This document shows positions 28,491 to 38,933 of a stretch of DNA of 64,000 bases, piece after piece (the stretch's first letter is position 1; every line of letters begins with the position of its first letter). Made by a program: the position numbers and the translations under genes. The notes under the pieces were generated by a model. That model worked only from the letters and a program-made list of their open reading frames with translations. It did no database searches and was not told where the DNA came from. Source of the stretch: Myxococcota bacterium (GTDB lineage Bacteria > Myxococcota > UBA4151); NCBI GenBank assembly GCA_036338695.1, contig JAYZBQ010000018.1, forward strand, positions 924 to 64,923. The letters run 5' to 3'.

Positions 28491-30167
28491 ATGGCTCGAT
28501 ACCTCTTGCTCATCGTTGTGATCAGCGGGGCAGCCTGTGGCGGAAACGAGGGCGGCGGCATCTCGTACGCTGACGCCGGCTTCATCGACCGCAACGCGCG
28601 CGACGCCGGTCCGTGCCCGGATGAGGGCTTTAGCCGCGCTGAAGACGGCCGCTGCCTGTGCAACAACGACTTGGCCTGCGGCAGCGGAAGCGTCTGTGAG
28701 GGCGGGCAATGCCTCGACGGATGCCGGCATGACGGGCACTGCCAAGACACGGAGCAATGCGAGGTTCAAGGCAACAACCCCTTCGGCGTCTGCGTCAGCG
28801 TCTGTCCCAACGGCGACTGCCCCGACTCGTGCGGCAACGACAGCGACTGCCCGGACGGTCAGCACTGCGCTGGACGGTTCTGTGCGCCCAACTGTCAGAG
28901 CAACACGGAGTGCGCCCAAGGTGAAGCCTGCGTGGCTTCCGGACGCTGCATTCAGGGGTGCCGAAGCGCCGAGGACTGCGGCGGACGCGCAACCTGCGAG
29001 GAGGCTCAGTGCACCTGCGAGCCAGCGCAAGCCTTCACCGTCGTCGAGGTCGAGGACCAGACCGCCAACGCGGGCCTTCGATCCGGCGATAATTTGAGCG
29101 TAACCGTCCACGTGCCCAACGTCGACCGCGACCTCCAAGTCGGGCTCATCCTGCGCACGCAAAATGTCAGCCGCGTCGACTTCGCCAACGCGCAGTGGCA
29201 AGGCATGGAGCATGACGGCAACGGCTTTAGGGAGCTTCGTAGCGGCGGCCACGGCGCCATCGTCACCTTCACCGGGCTGGACTCAAGCGTGACCTTATCG
29301 GCTGTAGCGGGCGCCTCTCGAGCGCCTGTGCGCGTCGACACAGAGCTCGTCATGCTCGGGCAGCAGGGGCAGGAGTGCGCAGCGGTGGTCCCGAACAGCA
29401 AAGGACTCGCTAACCTGCCCGTCGTCGGTGCAGCGAGCAATCTGGCGAACTGCGCCGACATGCACGGCGCCTACATGGTCCAAGTGATGACCGCTCAAGC
29501 GCCGGTTGCGATCAGCGAGTTTGACGGGCGGGCGCGCGACGACATGAGCTGGGCCGGTCAAGACGTGCCGCTGGTCGGGCCGATGCTCCACTACTGCATC
29601 GACCTGCTCGGCAGCGGCGACCTGGCGCTGAGCTCCGACTGGCGTGGAGAGGCGCCGGTCGCGGTCCAAGGGCAGCTGCTCTTCGAAGCCTTTGACATGG
29701 CGCAGACCGAGGCCTGCCAAAACGCGGGAGACTGCACGCGTCCCGGCGTCCAATCCTGCATCGACGGCCAATGCCGGGAGCGCATCGCAATCCGAATGGC
29801 GGGGGCATCCGAGCGACCGCTGAGAGACCGAGAGCACCGTAACGCCGAGGTCGAGACCACCGGCCCTGAGAGCTGCCTGGACACCTGCGCCGTCGCCCCC
29901 GTCCCCCGGAACAACCCCGCCTGGGGCGCTGGGGACCTCAACCTCACGGGCTTCTTGCGCTGGGGCCAGCGCACCGACCTGCGTATGAGCGTGCTCGCTA
30001 CCGGTGATCAAGTGGCGAACAGCGCGCTCTTCTTGCAAACCCGCGAGCTCCCGGAGTGGTGGCTGAGTAAGACCTGCCGATGTGACTTCGGCAGCGGCGC
30101 CATGACCTGCGGCGCGCCGAGCGACCAAGGGCTCGACGCGGCTCGCCGAATCTGCAGCGAAGACTGA
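28491..30167 (+). CDS. Cys-rich lipoprotein, unknown function
   Basis: GGAGG RBS; lipobox GAAC; repeated C..D..C..G..C...RC units. Confidence 0.8.
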   Translation: MARYLLLIVVISGAACGGNEGGGISYADAGFIDRNARDAGPCPDEGFSRAEDGRCLCNNDLACGSGSVCEGGQCLDGCRHDGHCQDTEQCEVQGNNPFGVCVSVCPNGDCPDSCGNDSDCPDGQHCAGRFCAPNCQSNTECAQGEACVASGRCIQGCRSAEDCGGRATCEEAQCTCEPAQAFTVVEVEDQTANAGLRSGDNLSVTVHVPNVDRDLQVGLILRTQNVSRVDFANAQWQGMEHDGNGFRELRSGGHGAIVTFTGLDSSVTLSAVAGASRAPVRVDTELVMLGQQGQECAAVVPNSKGLANLPVVGAASNLANCADMHGAYMVQVMTAQAPVAISEFDGRARDDMSWAGQDVPLVGPMLHYCIDLLGSGDLALSSDWRGEAPVAVQGQLLFEAFDMAQTEACQNAGDCTRPGVQSCIDGQCRERIAIRMAGASERPLRDREHRNAEVETTGPESCLDTCAVAPVPRNNPAWGAGDLNLTGFLRWGQRTDLRMSVLATGDQVANSALFLQTRELPEWWLSKTCRCDFGSGAMTCGAPSDQGLDAARRICSED

Positions 30168-30169
30168 GC

Positions 30170-31771
30170 TCAGCGCTCGCAGAATGAGCGCCGCAAGGCG
30201 CTGCACGGGGCGTCATTCCAGCGCCCTGAAGCCACCGACCAGATCTCGGTGCAGTCCTCGCGACCGCCCGTGTCATCGGGCTGCCAGTTGGCCCAGCGCC
30301 TAAAACCGCTGGCGCGACCAGACCACACCCAGGCGTCCTGCTCGTCCTTGTACAAACCGATCCAGTGGGAGCGGCGCTCAGCTGCCGACCACAACCGGTT
30401 CTGATCATCTTGGTCCATCACCGTCGCGAGGTGGCCTCCCCACGCGACACAGGCAGCCTCTGCGGCGCTCCAACTCACCGTCGTCTCGCACTTAACCGTC
30501 ACCGGATCACGCCCCTCAACGAAGCTGCAGTTGGGCGGTGGGTTGAGCACCTCACATCGGTCGGTGCAGCCGTCGAGGTTGTTGGCGTTGCCGTCGTCAC
30601 AGGCTTCTCGTCCCGCCCGCACGATCCCGTCGCCGCAGCGTGCGCGACGACAGGCGTTGATGCAGGCGTCGGTGTTGACTCGGTTCCAATCATCGCAAGC
30701 TTCCACACCGGCCCGAACGTGCCCATCACCGCAGCGTGCGATCACGCAAGTGTTCAGGCAACCGTCAGTCTGGCGCCGGTTTCCATCATCGCAGGCTTCC
30801 ACCCCAGCGTGCACAAAGCCATCACCACATCGCGCGGCGCGACAGTCGCTAAGGCATGCGTCGAGTTGATTGGCGTTGCCATCATCGCACTCCTCAACCC
30901 CAAGCTGGACCACCCCATCGCCGCAGCGAGCGACCACGCAGCCAGTCAGGCACGCGTCGGTGTCGGAGTCGTTGCCGTCATCGCAGGCTTCAACGCCTTC
31001 GTGAAGGAAGCCGTCACCGCAGGTCGCCACCACGCAGTCCTCGACGCACGCGTCCTCGTTCGCATCGTTGCCGTCATCGCAGGCTTCCACCCCGGCATGA
31101 ACCGCCCCATCCCCGCAGCGTGCGCGCTGGCAGTTGACGCAGTCATCGCTGTCGTCGTCGTTGCCATCGTCACAGGCTTCACCCGAGGGTACATCCGCCG
31201 GAAGGTCCGTCCGAACGATCTGGTCGCCGCAGCGAGCGCGCTCGCAGTTGGAGCGGCAGGCGTCGGTCTCGACATCGTTTCCGTCGTCGCAAGCTTCAAC
31301 CCCTCGCCGCACCACCCCATCGCCGCAGCGTGCACGTTGGCAACTCTGCGTGCAGCCATCCGTGTCCACGGTGTTCCCGTCATCACAGGTTTCGTGCCCT
31401 GGTTGTCCCGGCGACAAGTCGGTGCGCACGACGCCGTCACCGCAGCTCGCCGGACGGCAATCGTTCCGGCAGCTGTCTCCGTTGTCCTCGTTGGCGTCAT
31501 CGCAGAGCTCGCCTTGGCTCACGATGCCATCCCCGCAGACCACGGCGACGCAGGTGGTCGTACAGGTCGAGCTGCCGAGGGCGCCGTCATCGCATGCTTC
31601 GCCCGGTTCGATGCGCCCATTACCACATTCTTGCGCTGCGCAGACGCCGAACTCGCACAGCCCACCTTGACCGCAGTCGCTGCTCGCTTCGCAGCGGCGC
31701 ACACCCCCGAAATCAGCCGACGGCAGACAGCTCGCCGACGCCATCGCAAGCGCTACCACCGCAGCGCGCAT
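30170..31771 (-). CDS. Lipoprotein with 11 myxobacterial Cys-rich (DUF4215-type) repeats and C-terminal C-type lectin domain
   Basis: ATG 31771 (TGATG overlap); ASASC lipobox-like; CG[DN][10 protein letters not shown]...C repeats; W..AEAAC..GGHLA, WIGL, QPD, WND. Confidence 0.9.
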   Translation of the reverse strand: MRAAVVALAMASASCLPSADFGGVRRCEASSDCGQGGLCEFGVCAAQECGNGRIEPGEACDDGALGSSTCTTTCVAVVCGDGIVSQGELCDDANEDNGDSCRNDCRPASCGDGVVRTDLSPGQPGHETCDDGNTVDTDGCTQSCQRARCGDGVVRRGVEACDDGNDVETDACRSNCERARCGDQIVRTDLPADVPSGEACDDGNDDDSDDCVNCQRARCGDGAVHAGVEACDDGNDANEDACVEDCVVATCGDGFLHEGVEACDDGNDSDTDACLTGCVVARCGDGVVQLGVEECDDGNANQLDACLSDCRAARCGDGFVHAGVEACDDGNRRQTDGCLNTCVIARCGDGHVRAGVEACDDWNRVNTDACINACRRARCGDGIVRAGREACDDGNANNLDGCTDRCEVLNPPPNCSFVEGRDPVTVKCETTVSWSAAEAACVAWGGHLATVMDQDDQNRLWSAAERRSHWIGLYKDEQDAWVWSGRASGFRRWANWQPDDTGGREDCTEIWSVASGRWNDAPCSALRRSFCER

Positions 31772-32610
31772 CAGCGCCCGATCAGGCTGAAGCCTGCGAT
31801 CCCAGCGCCCGTCAGCGCAAGACCGGCGCCCCACATGACCCGAGCCTGGGTCTGTGCGCTCGCCAGCTGATCGTAATCCTTCGCCGTCGCCGTGGCGGGC
31901 TCATACTCCTCTTGCGCTGCGCCAAGCACCATGTAGCTGCTCCCAAAGACGGCGAGTCCCCCAACGCTCACGAGCACGGAGCCCCAGCGCATCAGCTCAT
32001 CCTCGCTCATCGGCTGACCTTCCGGTTTGGAGACGCTGGCTCCAGCCGGAACCGTCGCCTTCTTCCAAAGCGAGCGGACCAGCTCAGGCAGCCCCGTCAC
32101 GAGCTCCGCCTCGGTTGCGCGCTGGCTCAGCTCTCGTCGCCAGCGCGCCTGCACCCCGACGTCCATGTAGTCGAGGTCCAGCCGATACCCACGCGCCTCG
32201 AGCGTCAGGCGCGGCGTGATCACAGCGGAGACGCTCAAAAGCGCGCCGAGTTCCAAAAGACACGATGGCGCGCTGCAGTCATTGAGACGCTCTTGCACCT
32301 CGAGCGGCAGCTGGCTCATGACCTCGCCGACCTTGACGATGTTGGGATAACGCCCGTGAGCCTTGAGCGCAGCCGTCAGCTCAACCACTACGCGCCGAGC
32401 CATGTTTGGATCGATGCTCTGGCTCGTCGACAGCTCCAGAACCGCCACCCGTGACGAGGCGCCAGCGGTTTGCGCTTTGGCGGCCTTTGGCGCTTGCGCT
32501 CCGAGCGGCTTGAGCTTGGGAAGGTTCACCAGCTTGGGCGTTGCGGCGGAAACCTTACCCGCCGAGAAGAGCGCCACAGCACAGAGTAGAAAGGTCGTCA
32601 CACTCGGCAC
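31771..32610 (-). CDS. Exported protein with alpha/beta (CsgG/TolB-N-like) domain and two C-terminal hydrophobic helices
   Basis: Signal peptide; VAVLEL..CSAPSCLLELG; C-terminal Gly-rich hydrophobic hairpin. Confidence 0.7.
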   Translation of the reverse strand: MPSVTTFLLCAVALFSAGKVSAATPKLVNLPKLKPLGAQAPKAAKAQTAGASSRVAVLELSTSQSIDPNMARRVVVELTAALKAHGRYPNIVKVGEVMSQLPLEVQERLNDCSAPSCLLELGALLSVSAVITPRLTLEARGYRLDLDYMDVGVQARWRRELSQRATEAELVTGLPELVRSLWKKATVPAGASVSKPEGQPMSEDELMRWGSVLVSVGGLAVFGSSYMVLGAAQEEYEPATATAKDYDQLASAQTQARVMWGAGLALTGAGIAGFSLIGR

Positions 32611-32677
32611 CAGTTCGTCTCCACCGATTCTCTACCAAAGTCCGCTCTGCCCGGTAAGGGGGCCAAGACGCTGCGCT

Positions 32678-32875
32678 CTAGTTTCTCTTCGAGCCCCTCG
32701 CGTTCCCGGAGCCAACATCCCAGTGCGGCCGATCCGTGATCCCGTGTAGGTCCGCAAGCCCCGCCATCTCCGCTTCACGCACCGAGGCGCGCGTCAGCTC
32801 CTCATCGCGGCGCTTTAAACCCTTCGCTGTTTTGGTCACGGTGGTCGCCGCACGTTTGGCCTTGGACACGGTCAC
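32678..32875 (-). CDS. Small basic hypothetical protein (~65 aa)
   Basis: Strong RBS GAGGAGGAGG before GTG 32875; fills a co-directional intergenic gap. Confidence 0.6.
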   Translation of the reverse strand: MTVSKAKRAATTVTKTAKGLKRRDEELTRASVREAEMAGLADLHGITDRPHWDVGSGNARGSKRN

Positions 32876-32946
32876 TGCCCTCCTCCTCAAAGGGTGCCCT
32901 GGCGCATGGGCCTGCGCAACTCACAGCCTCACAATCGACGTTTGAG

Positions 32947-34500
32947 CTAAAGCGCTTTGCCAACCGACGCAGCGACCCACTCCGCGCTCTTGTGCGCCAG
33001 ACCATAGATCGTTTGCGACGGGTTGACGCCGAGTGACGTCGGAAACACCGAACCATCCACGATAAACAGGTTCTCCAGCCCGTGGACCTTGAAGCGCGCA
33101 TCCACGACCGAGTTGTTTGGGTCCCGCCCGGTCATGCACCCACCCATTTGGTGTGCGCTCACTAAGAAGTGCTCATGCGCTCCGTAGGCGAGCTGGCTCA
33201 ACCCCGGGAGGTCGGCCGAACTACGGAGCATGTACGGCTGGCTGTGCAGCGTCATGGCCCAGTCTGCGCCCGCAGCCAGCGTCAGCTCAGCGAGCTTCCG
33301 ATGGCTGGTCTTGAACGTGCGCTGCAGCGCCGCTGAGATGGGATAATCCAAGCGCGGCGCCCCGCCCGGTCGCAGCGAGACCGTCCCGCCCTCATCGCCT
33401 GGCGCAAAGCCGTCGATGTGCAGGGCGATCAAGGCGCTAAAATGCGCCAGCTCGGCCATCGCCTCCTGCGCTTGCGCTCCGATTTTTGGGAGCACCGAGG
33501 CGGCGAGCACCGGATGAACAGGCGCCGCCTCAAAGAAGAACCCGACACCACCGGGTTCGGGTTCAACGAACTGGTGGCTCGCCACCGATTGAGGCGCTCC
33601 ATAAAACCCGAGCACCGGGTCTTCATAGCGTCCAAGGATCCCGATCACCGGGTGCAAGAAGGTCCGCCGGCCTACACGCCCCTTGGCGTCAATACCCGAG
33701 CGCAGCAAAAGCGCAGGGCTGTTGATGGCGCCGGCGCTCACAACCACCGTCTTTGCTGCGACGGTCACCTCTTGCCCTGCGGCGCGACCGGCTGCCGGCA
33801 GGTGGGCTCGCCCCCTCACACCGGTCATGCGGGCGCCCTGCCTTTCGAGCCGGTCGACCGGACAGTTGACGACCAGGGTGAGGCCGTCCGCCAGGGCGTC
33901 CGGAAGATACGTCACGTGCATCGCCTGCTTGGCGTCCACCGGGCAGCCCATGCCGCAATAGCCTGAGTTAGCGCAGGCCTTGACGTTGCGCTTAGTCGGC
34001 GCCGCCTGCCAGCCGAGCTTCTTCGCCCCGTCCAACAGCTTCTGGTTGTTGGCGTTGGCGAGCTCAACCGGCCACGGAGCGATGTTGAGGCGACCTTCGA
34101 CCGCGTCAAAGTGCGGCTCGAGCGCTGCGGAGGAAAGCCCTGTCACCCCATGCACCTTCGCCCAATGCTCGAGCACTCGATCTGGGGTGCGGTAGCACGT
34201 GGTCCAGTTGACCGTCGTGCCGCCGCCCGCGACGCGCCCTTGCAAAATGCCGATGCTGCCGTCGCCCGTGAACCGCGTCCCACGGTCTTGGTACATCCCC
34301 TGAAAGGCGTCCTCTTCACGCAGCGTCAGCTGCTCTTTGGTTACCCAAGGTCCTGCCTCCAGCATCACCACGCGTAAGCCAGCGGCGGTCAGACGCGCTG
34401 CGAGCACCGAGCCGCCCGCGCCCGACCCGACGATCACCACGTCGGCGTCGAGGGAGAGCGGCAGCTCGAGCTTGGCGGCGTCGATCACGGAGCCGCTCAT
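32947..34500 (-). CDS. GMC-family flavoprotein oxidoreductase (LaoA/long-chain alcohol oxidase-like)
   Basis: ATG 34500 (ATGA overlap); DVVIVGSGAGG, GGGTTVNW, C..GCP..AKQ, FYGAPQS, SAHQMGGC, DGSVFPTSLGVNP. Confidence 0.9.
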   Translation of the reverse strand: MSGSVIDAAKLELPLSLDADVVIVGSGAGGSVLAARLTAAGLRVVMLEAGPWVTKEQLTLREEDAFQGMYQDRGTRFTGDGSIGILQGRVAGGGTTVNWTTCYRTPDRVLEHWAKVHGVTGLSSAALEPHFDAVEGRLNIAPWPVELANANNQKLLDGAKKLGWQAAPTKRNVKACANSGYCGMGCPVDAKQAMHVTYLPDALADGLTLVVNCPVDRLERQGARMTGVRGRAHLPAAGRAAGQEVTVAAKTVVVSAGAINSPALLLRSGIDAKGRVGRRTFLHPVIGILGRYEDPVLGFYGAPQSVASHQFVEPEPGGVGFFFEAAPVHPVLAASVLPKIGAQAQEAMAELAHFSALIALHIDGFAPGDEGGTVSLRPGGAPRLDYPISAALQRTFKTSHRKLAELTLAAGADWAMTLHSQPYMLRSSADLPGLSQLAYGAHEHFLVSAHQMGGCMTGRDPNNSVVDARFKVHGLENLFIVDGSVFPTSLGVNPSQTIYGLAHKSAEWVAASVGKAL

Positions 34501-35021
34501 GGCGCCGCTCCGAGCTTGGGCGGGCCCGTGTAGCCCATATGCGCCCAGGTCTCCGTGCGGCTCCAATAGGCGCTGTTGATCAGCGCAACGAGCGCCCGCA
34601 TTCCGGCTTTGCGCGGCTTGAGCCGGCTCGAGCGCCAGGCAGCAACCGCCGTGAGCCGGTCGGCGGGTTCAAGGGCAGAGAAAGGGGCGGGCCGCCCATC
34701 CAACAAGGCGCCAGCCACCGGGTTCTCGAGCAGGTCAAGGACCAAAGCGAGCTCGCCTGACAGGTCGGGATCGAGCGTTGCGAGCAGTCGATCGACCGAG
34801 GCGGCGACGCCAGCTTCCTCGGCCGAGGGGAGCTCGGCAGGCCCCCCGACGACCACCGAGGCGAGCGCCACCAACGTGGACCATTGCCTCGGCGTCAGCG
34901 ACTTCAAGCCCTCCGGAGGCAAGGGCGCCTGGGGGTCGCGCCGCAGGCTCAGACCCACACCACCCATCACCAACACTGCGCCACCAACCGCACCATACTT
35001 GAGGAAGACACGCCGTTTCAT
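34497..35021 (-). CDS. Tat-exported small partner subunit of the GMC oxidoreductase (LaoB/gluconate DH subunit 3-like)
   Basis: Twin-arginine signal KRRVFLK; C-terminal W..MGY.GP; coupled to GMC gene. Confidence 0.8.
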   Translation of the reverse strand: MKRRVFLKYGAVGGAVLVMGGVGLSLRRDPQAPLPPEGLKSLTPRQWSTLVALASVVVGGPAELPSAEEAGVAASVDRLLATLDPDLSGELALVLDLLENPVAGALLDGRPAPFSALEPADRLTAVAAWRSSRLKPRKAGMRALVALINSAYWSRTETWAHMGYTGPPKLGAAP

Positions 35022-35030
35022 ATCCGCTCG

Positions 35031-36053
35031 CTAAGGCCTCCCGACCCACAGGGTCACCCGACGCCCGGCGTGCATGAAGCTGAGCACGTCCTCGAGGTTC
35101 CCGTGGGGTCGGCCGACATCCGCCGGTAACAACAAAGCCAGCCGCCATCCTGAGAGCGCGCCGTGAAAGCGAGCGAGGAGGCGGCGGACGACGTCGCCTC
35201 GGAGCTGATCGCTGTACGGTGGGTGAGCTGCGACCAGCCCGTCTGACGGCAAACCGCTGAGATCCATATCCTCGAGCGGCTTTCGGTGCAGGCTGATGCG
35301 GTCGAGCACGCCGGCGCGCTGTGCGTGATGTCGGCACGAGTCGAAGGCTTCAAACGCTTGGTCACTCGCCATCAAGAGCCCTTCACCGCCCCGATCAACT
35401 GGGGGCGCCTCATCCGCCGGCGGGCTCGGCCACTGGTGAAAGCGCCACGGCCTGAGACGGCTCGACGTTCGCTGCATCAGCGCCGCTTCGATCACGAACG
35501 CCCCGGGGCCGCAAAAAGGGTCATAAAGCGCCTCGCCGACAGTCCACCCGGCAGCGCGTAAACAGGCTGACGCGTAGTTTTCATCCAGCGGCGCCGACTG
35601 AGCATCGAGTCGATAGCCGCGCTGGTGCATGTCGGCGCCGCTGCAGTCGAGCTCGAGCCCGATCCATTCGGGGGCACAACGCACCTTCAGCAAGGTCCCA
35701 CCTTCGCCCTCGGGCGCGTGCTCGTCGACCGCCGCGCGCAGCGCATCGAGCGCGTCGAAGCGCCCCCCGGCGACCACGACCGACAAAGGGTCTCCTGTCC
35801 ACCGATAACGAGTCCACTCCACCCCACCGACCTGCCGCAACAGGTCCGCCTCGTGACTAGGCTCACCCTCGACGAGCAGACACCAGACGCGGCTGGCGAT
35901 TCGGCTGCGGTGCAGCCGCCCCAGCTGGCTCATCTCGGTCGTCACCAACACCGACCCGGCGCGCACAGCGGGTTGGGTGAAGCCGAGGTCGGCGAGCTCG
36001 TCCGCGAGCAAAGGCTCGAGCCCGTGTGCGCAGGTCAGACGAAAACGCATCAC
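35031..36053 (-). CDS. Divergent THUMP/RlmL-like SAM methyltransferase
   Basis: [36 protein letters not shown]. Confidence 0.8.
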   Translation of the reverse strand: MMRFRLTCAHGLEPLLADELADLGFTQPAVRAGSVLVTTEMSQLGRLHRSRIASRVWCLLVEGEPSHEADLLRQVGGVEWTRYRWTGDPLSVVVAGGRFDALDALRAAVDEHAPEGEGGTLLKVRCAPEWIGLELDCSGADMHQRGYRLDAQSAPLDENYASACLRAAGWTVGEALYDPFCGPGAFVIEAALMQRTSSRLRPWRFHQWPSPPADEAPPVDRGGEGLLMASDQAFEAFDSCRHHAQRAGVLDRISLHRKPLEDMDLSGLPSDGLVAAHPPYSDQLRGDVVRRLLARFHGALSGWRLALLLPADVGRPHGNLEDVLSFMHAGRRVTLWVGRP

Positions 36054-38326
36054 GGATCGACGCCGCAGTCGTTCGGGCAGTCATCGTCGTCCGCCTCGTT
36101 CCCATCGTCGCAGCGCTCACCATCGTCGACGACCCCGTCACCACAGCGCTGCGCGCGGCAGTCGGTGCGGCAGCTACCGTTCGGCGCGTCGCTGTTGCGC
36201 TCGGCGCCGAGGTCACAATCCTCTGAGCGCCTGTTCACATAACCATCGCCGCAGCGCGCTCGGTTGCAGTCATTGAGGCAGTCATCGCCGTTGCTGCGGT
36301 TACCGTCGTCGCACTGCTCGACGCCGCGCTGACGGAAATTATCACCACAGACGGCGCGACGGCAAAGGATGGTGCAGTCATCGCCTGGGTCTTGGTTGCC
36401 GTCGTCGCACTCCTCGACGCCCGCCCGCAACACCCCGTCGCCGCAGCGCTCCTCCTGACAGGTCGCTGTGCATGCGTCGGAGCCGTCGGTGTTGCCGTCA
36501 TCGCACTGCTCGACCCCCACCTGCACGAGCCCATCGCCACATCGAGCCTGACGGCACGTGCTCGGACACGCGTCTTGGTCGTTGTCGTTGCCATCATCGC
36601 ATTGCTCGCCGTCGTCGACGATGCCGTCACCGCATCCGGGTCGGCTGCAGTTGGTGCGGCACAGGTCACCGGGCTCATCGCCGTTGGCCTCGCCCTCATC
36701 GCAGGCCTCGAACCCCGGGCGGACGATGCCATCCCCACAGCGAGCGAGGCGGCAGCCGCTCAGGCAGCCGTCACGGTCCGAGCTGTTGCGGTCGTCGCAT
36801 TCCTCCCCATCCTGTACGACGCCGTCACCACAGGTCGCCTCGAGACAATCAACGGAGCAGCCATCACCGTCGAGCAGGTTGCCGTCATCGCATTGCTCGC
36901 CTGGGTCGACCGTGCCGTCACCGCAGCGATGATCTGCCGGCTCCGGTGTCTGTGCGCTGGACGTTGGATAGCCGCCGTCATCGCCCCCCCAGCACAACGT
37001 CGCGCCCGTCGCGGTGAGCACGCATGAGCGGTCGCCACCCACAAACAAGCCAGCCGAGCCGTCGAGCGCCTCGAGACGCATCGGCAGCAGCTGACAAGCC
37101 GCCTCACGACCGTCGGGCGGAAGGCAAAGGCTCCCGTCAGTCGTCCCTAAGCCCAGCTGGCCGAGGGCGTTGTATCCCCAGCAATGAACTGCGCCGTCCT
37201 CGCCCAACGTGCAGGTGTGGTCGCCCGCTGCCACCACGTTGATCACACCCGCCAGGTCGGGGACCGGGCGAGGAGAGACGAAGCAGTGCCCCCGGCTCGA
37301 GAGCCCCTCACCGCAGCGCCGTGCGCCCTCCATCGAGCCAATCCCGAGCTGTCCGTACCCGTTGTGCCCCCAACAGCGCACTGTACCATCCTGCATCGCT
37401 GCGCAGCTGTGCGCGCGTCCGAGCGCCAGCCCGGCGACGTCGCGCACGCCCTCAACGAGGACCGGGCGCCAGCTGTCAAACAAGCTGCCATTGCCCAGCT
37501 GTCCGAGGTCGCCTCGCCCCCAACACCAAACGTTCCCGCTTCGATCCCGAGCGCAGTTATGAAAGCTCCCGAGCGCTAAGAGATCGGCGTCGGGCAAGAA
37601 ACGCTGCTCGACCGCATCGGCGCGCACGCTCGTGTTCGTGGAGTCGCCGACCTGCTTGAAGCCATTCGCCCCCCAGCAAAGAACTCGGCCTGTCTCAAGG
37701 AGCGCGCAGGTATGCGCCACCCCGAGCTCAAGCTGAAGCACCTCATCGGCCATCGGTAAAGGCGCAGGAAGCACCCGACAGCGGTCGCGCTCACGCGCTC
37801 CGCACAGGAGCCCTTCGTCGCCCTCGCCGATCTGTCCTCGGGTCGCCAGCCCCCAGCACCGCACGGACCCGCCCGACAGGATGGCGCAAGCATGCGCTCC
37901 GCCTGCATGAACGCTGCGGACTGCGCCGGTGCGCAGCGGCCTGAGCGAAGCGCCCAGCTCCATTGGCTCCAAGCCCCCGTCGCCGAGCGCTCCGAAGCTG
38001 TTGTCGCCCCAGCAGAACAGGCGCCCGCCCGCGCTCAAGCCGCAGCTAAAGCGTTCCGAGCCCGACAGGCTCAGCGCCAGCTGCGTAAAACGGAGCGTCT
38101 CTGCGCTGCAGACGTCTGAACAACCGTCCTCGTTGCTTCGGTTCCCGTCATCGCAAGCCTCATCGACCTCGAGGACGCCGTTTCCGCAAACCGGCGCAGG
38201 CGGCGCAGGCGGTGGTCCAGCGTCTGCCGGAGACTCGGTCTCGCCCGGGCAGCCGATCAACGAGCCTGCGAGCCACAGGCCGATCAGGCGCTTTGAGCCA
38301 GCGATGCTCTGCGCAGTGCCCCTCAA
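36050..38326 (-). CDS. Lipoprotein with RCC1-like beta-propeller and ~10 Cys-rich DUF4215-type repeats
   Basis: LIGC lipobox; repeated G..H.CA...G.V.CWG.N..GQLG; nine C-terminal and one N-terminal CG[DN][GN]..CDDG units. Confidence 0.9.
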   Translation of the reverse strand: MRGTAQSIAGSKRLIGLWLAGSLIGCPGETESPADAGPPPAPPAPVCGNGVLEVDEACDDGNRSNEDGCSDVCSAETLRFTQLALSLSGSERFSCGLSAGGRLFCWGDNSFGALGDGGLEPMELGASLRPLRTGAVRSVHAGGAHACAILSGGSVRCWGLATRGQIGEGDEGLLCGARERDRCRVLPAPLPMADEVLQLELGVAHTCALLETGRVLCWGANGFKQVGDSTNTSVRADAVEQRFLPDADLLALGSFHNCARDRSGNVWCWGRGDLGQLGNGSLFDSWRPVLVEGVRDVAGLALGRAHSCAAMQDGTVRCWGHNGYGQLGIGSMEGARRCGEGLSSRGHCFVSPRPVPDLAGVINVVAAGDHTCTLGEDGAVHCWGYNALGQLGLGTTDGSLCLPPDGREAACQLLPMRLEALDGSAGLFVGGDRSCVLTATGATLCWGGDDGGYPTSSAQTPEPADHRCGDGTVDPGEQCDDGNLLDGDGCSVDCLEATCGDGVVQDGEECDDRNSSDRDGCLSGCRLARCGDGIVRPGFEACDEGEANGDEPGDLCRTNCSRPGCGDGIVDDGEQCDDGNDNDQDACPSTCRQARCGDGLVQVGVEQCDDGNTDGSDACTATCQEERCGDGVLRAGVEECDDGNQDPGDDCTILCRRAVCGDNFRQRGVEQCDDGNRSNGDDCLNDCNRARCGDGYVNRRSEDCDLGAERNSDAPNGSCRTDCRAQRCGDGVVDDGERCDDGNEADDDDCPNDCGVDP

Positions 38327-38331
38327 GCGGC

Positions 38332-38784
38332 TCAGCCACCGTCCGGAGTCAGCGGCTGCCCAGCGTCAGCTAAGTCTGGCTCGCTGACGTCCGGTGTCGC
38401 TGCGTCCGCCGCTGGCGACGCCCCCGAGTCGACAGGCGCCCCCGTGTCCGGCCTGGGCTCGACGCCCGACGGTAAGCAGTAACCGCTCTGGCAGATCTCA
38501 CCGGGTTCACAGTCGTCATCGCGCCGGCACTGCGGCTCGCTGGCGTCTTGCGAAGTCAGCCCCGCATCGTAGACGGTTTGCCCGCCAGCGCCCGCATCCG
38601 CTTGAGGCACAGAACCCTTGGGAACGCAGACATAATCGCGTGAGCAGACGTGATCTGGAAAGTCACTCCCGAGCGCCTCGATCGTGCAGTCGCTGCTGTC
38701 ATCACAAGGGGGCGTGCCCGCTTCGAACTCCCTCGGGCAAGCCGCCAACAAAACCCACAGAGCGAGATAAACCCCTACGCGCAT
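38332..38784 (-). CDS. Small Cys-rich lipoprotein with D-[AST]-G-rich linkers
   Basis: ATG 38784 after GGAGG; lipobox LAAC; two C..D.DC..C...C units. Confidence 0.75.
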   Translation of the reverse strand: MRVGVYLALWVLLAACPREFEAGTPPCDDSSDCTIEALGSDFPDHVCSRDYVCVPKGSVPQADAGAGGQTVYDAGLTSQDASEPQCRRDDDCEPGEICQSGYCLPSGVEPRPDTGAPVDSGASPAADAATPDVSEPDLADAGQPLTPDGG

Positions 38785-38933
38785 GCTTGCCTCCGTCGCG
38801 CTAGATTGGCCGCGCGAGGGTCCGGCCGACAAGGCGCGTTCTTCAGTTTTGAGCGTCCGAGGCGATTTTTTACGGTCGGATGAACAACCGAGCAGCGCTT
38901 TCTTTGCGTCGCTGTTGAGGCTAGAGCCTCGCC

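Noticed and set aside
30170..30540. C-type lectin as a DGR target
   Set aside because: No reverse transcriptase and no template-repeat copy noticed in the window.
30540..31640. ~96-bp periodic DNA similarity (also 36060-36930) suggesting a CRISPR-like array
   Set aside because: Degenerate, in-frame, protein-coding repeats; no identical repeat-spacer structure and no cas genes.
30365..31870. 501-aa repetitive plus-strand ORF
   Set aside because: Reverse-strand echo of the Cys-rich repeats.
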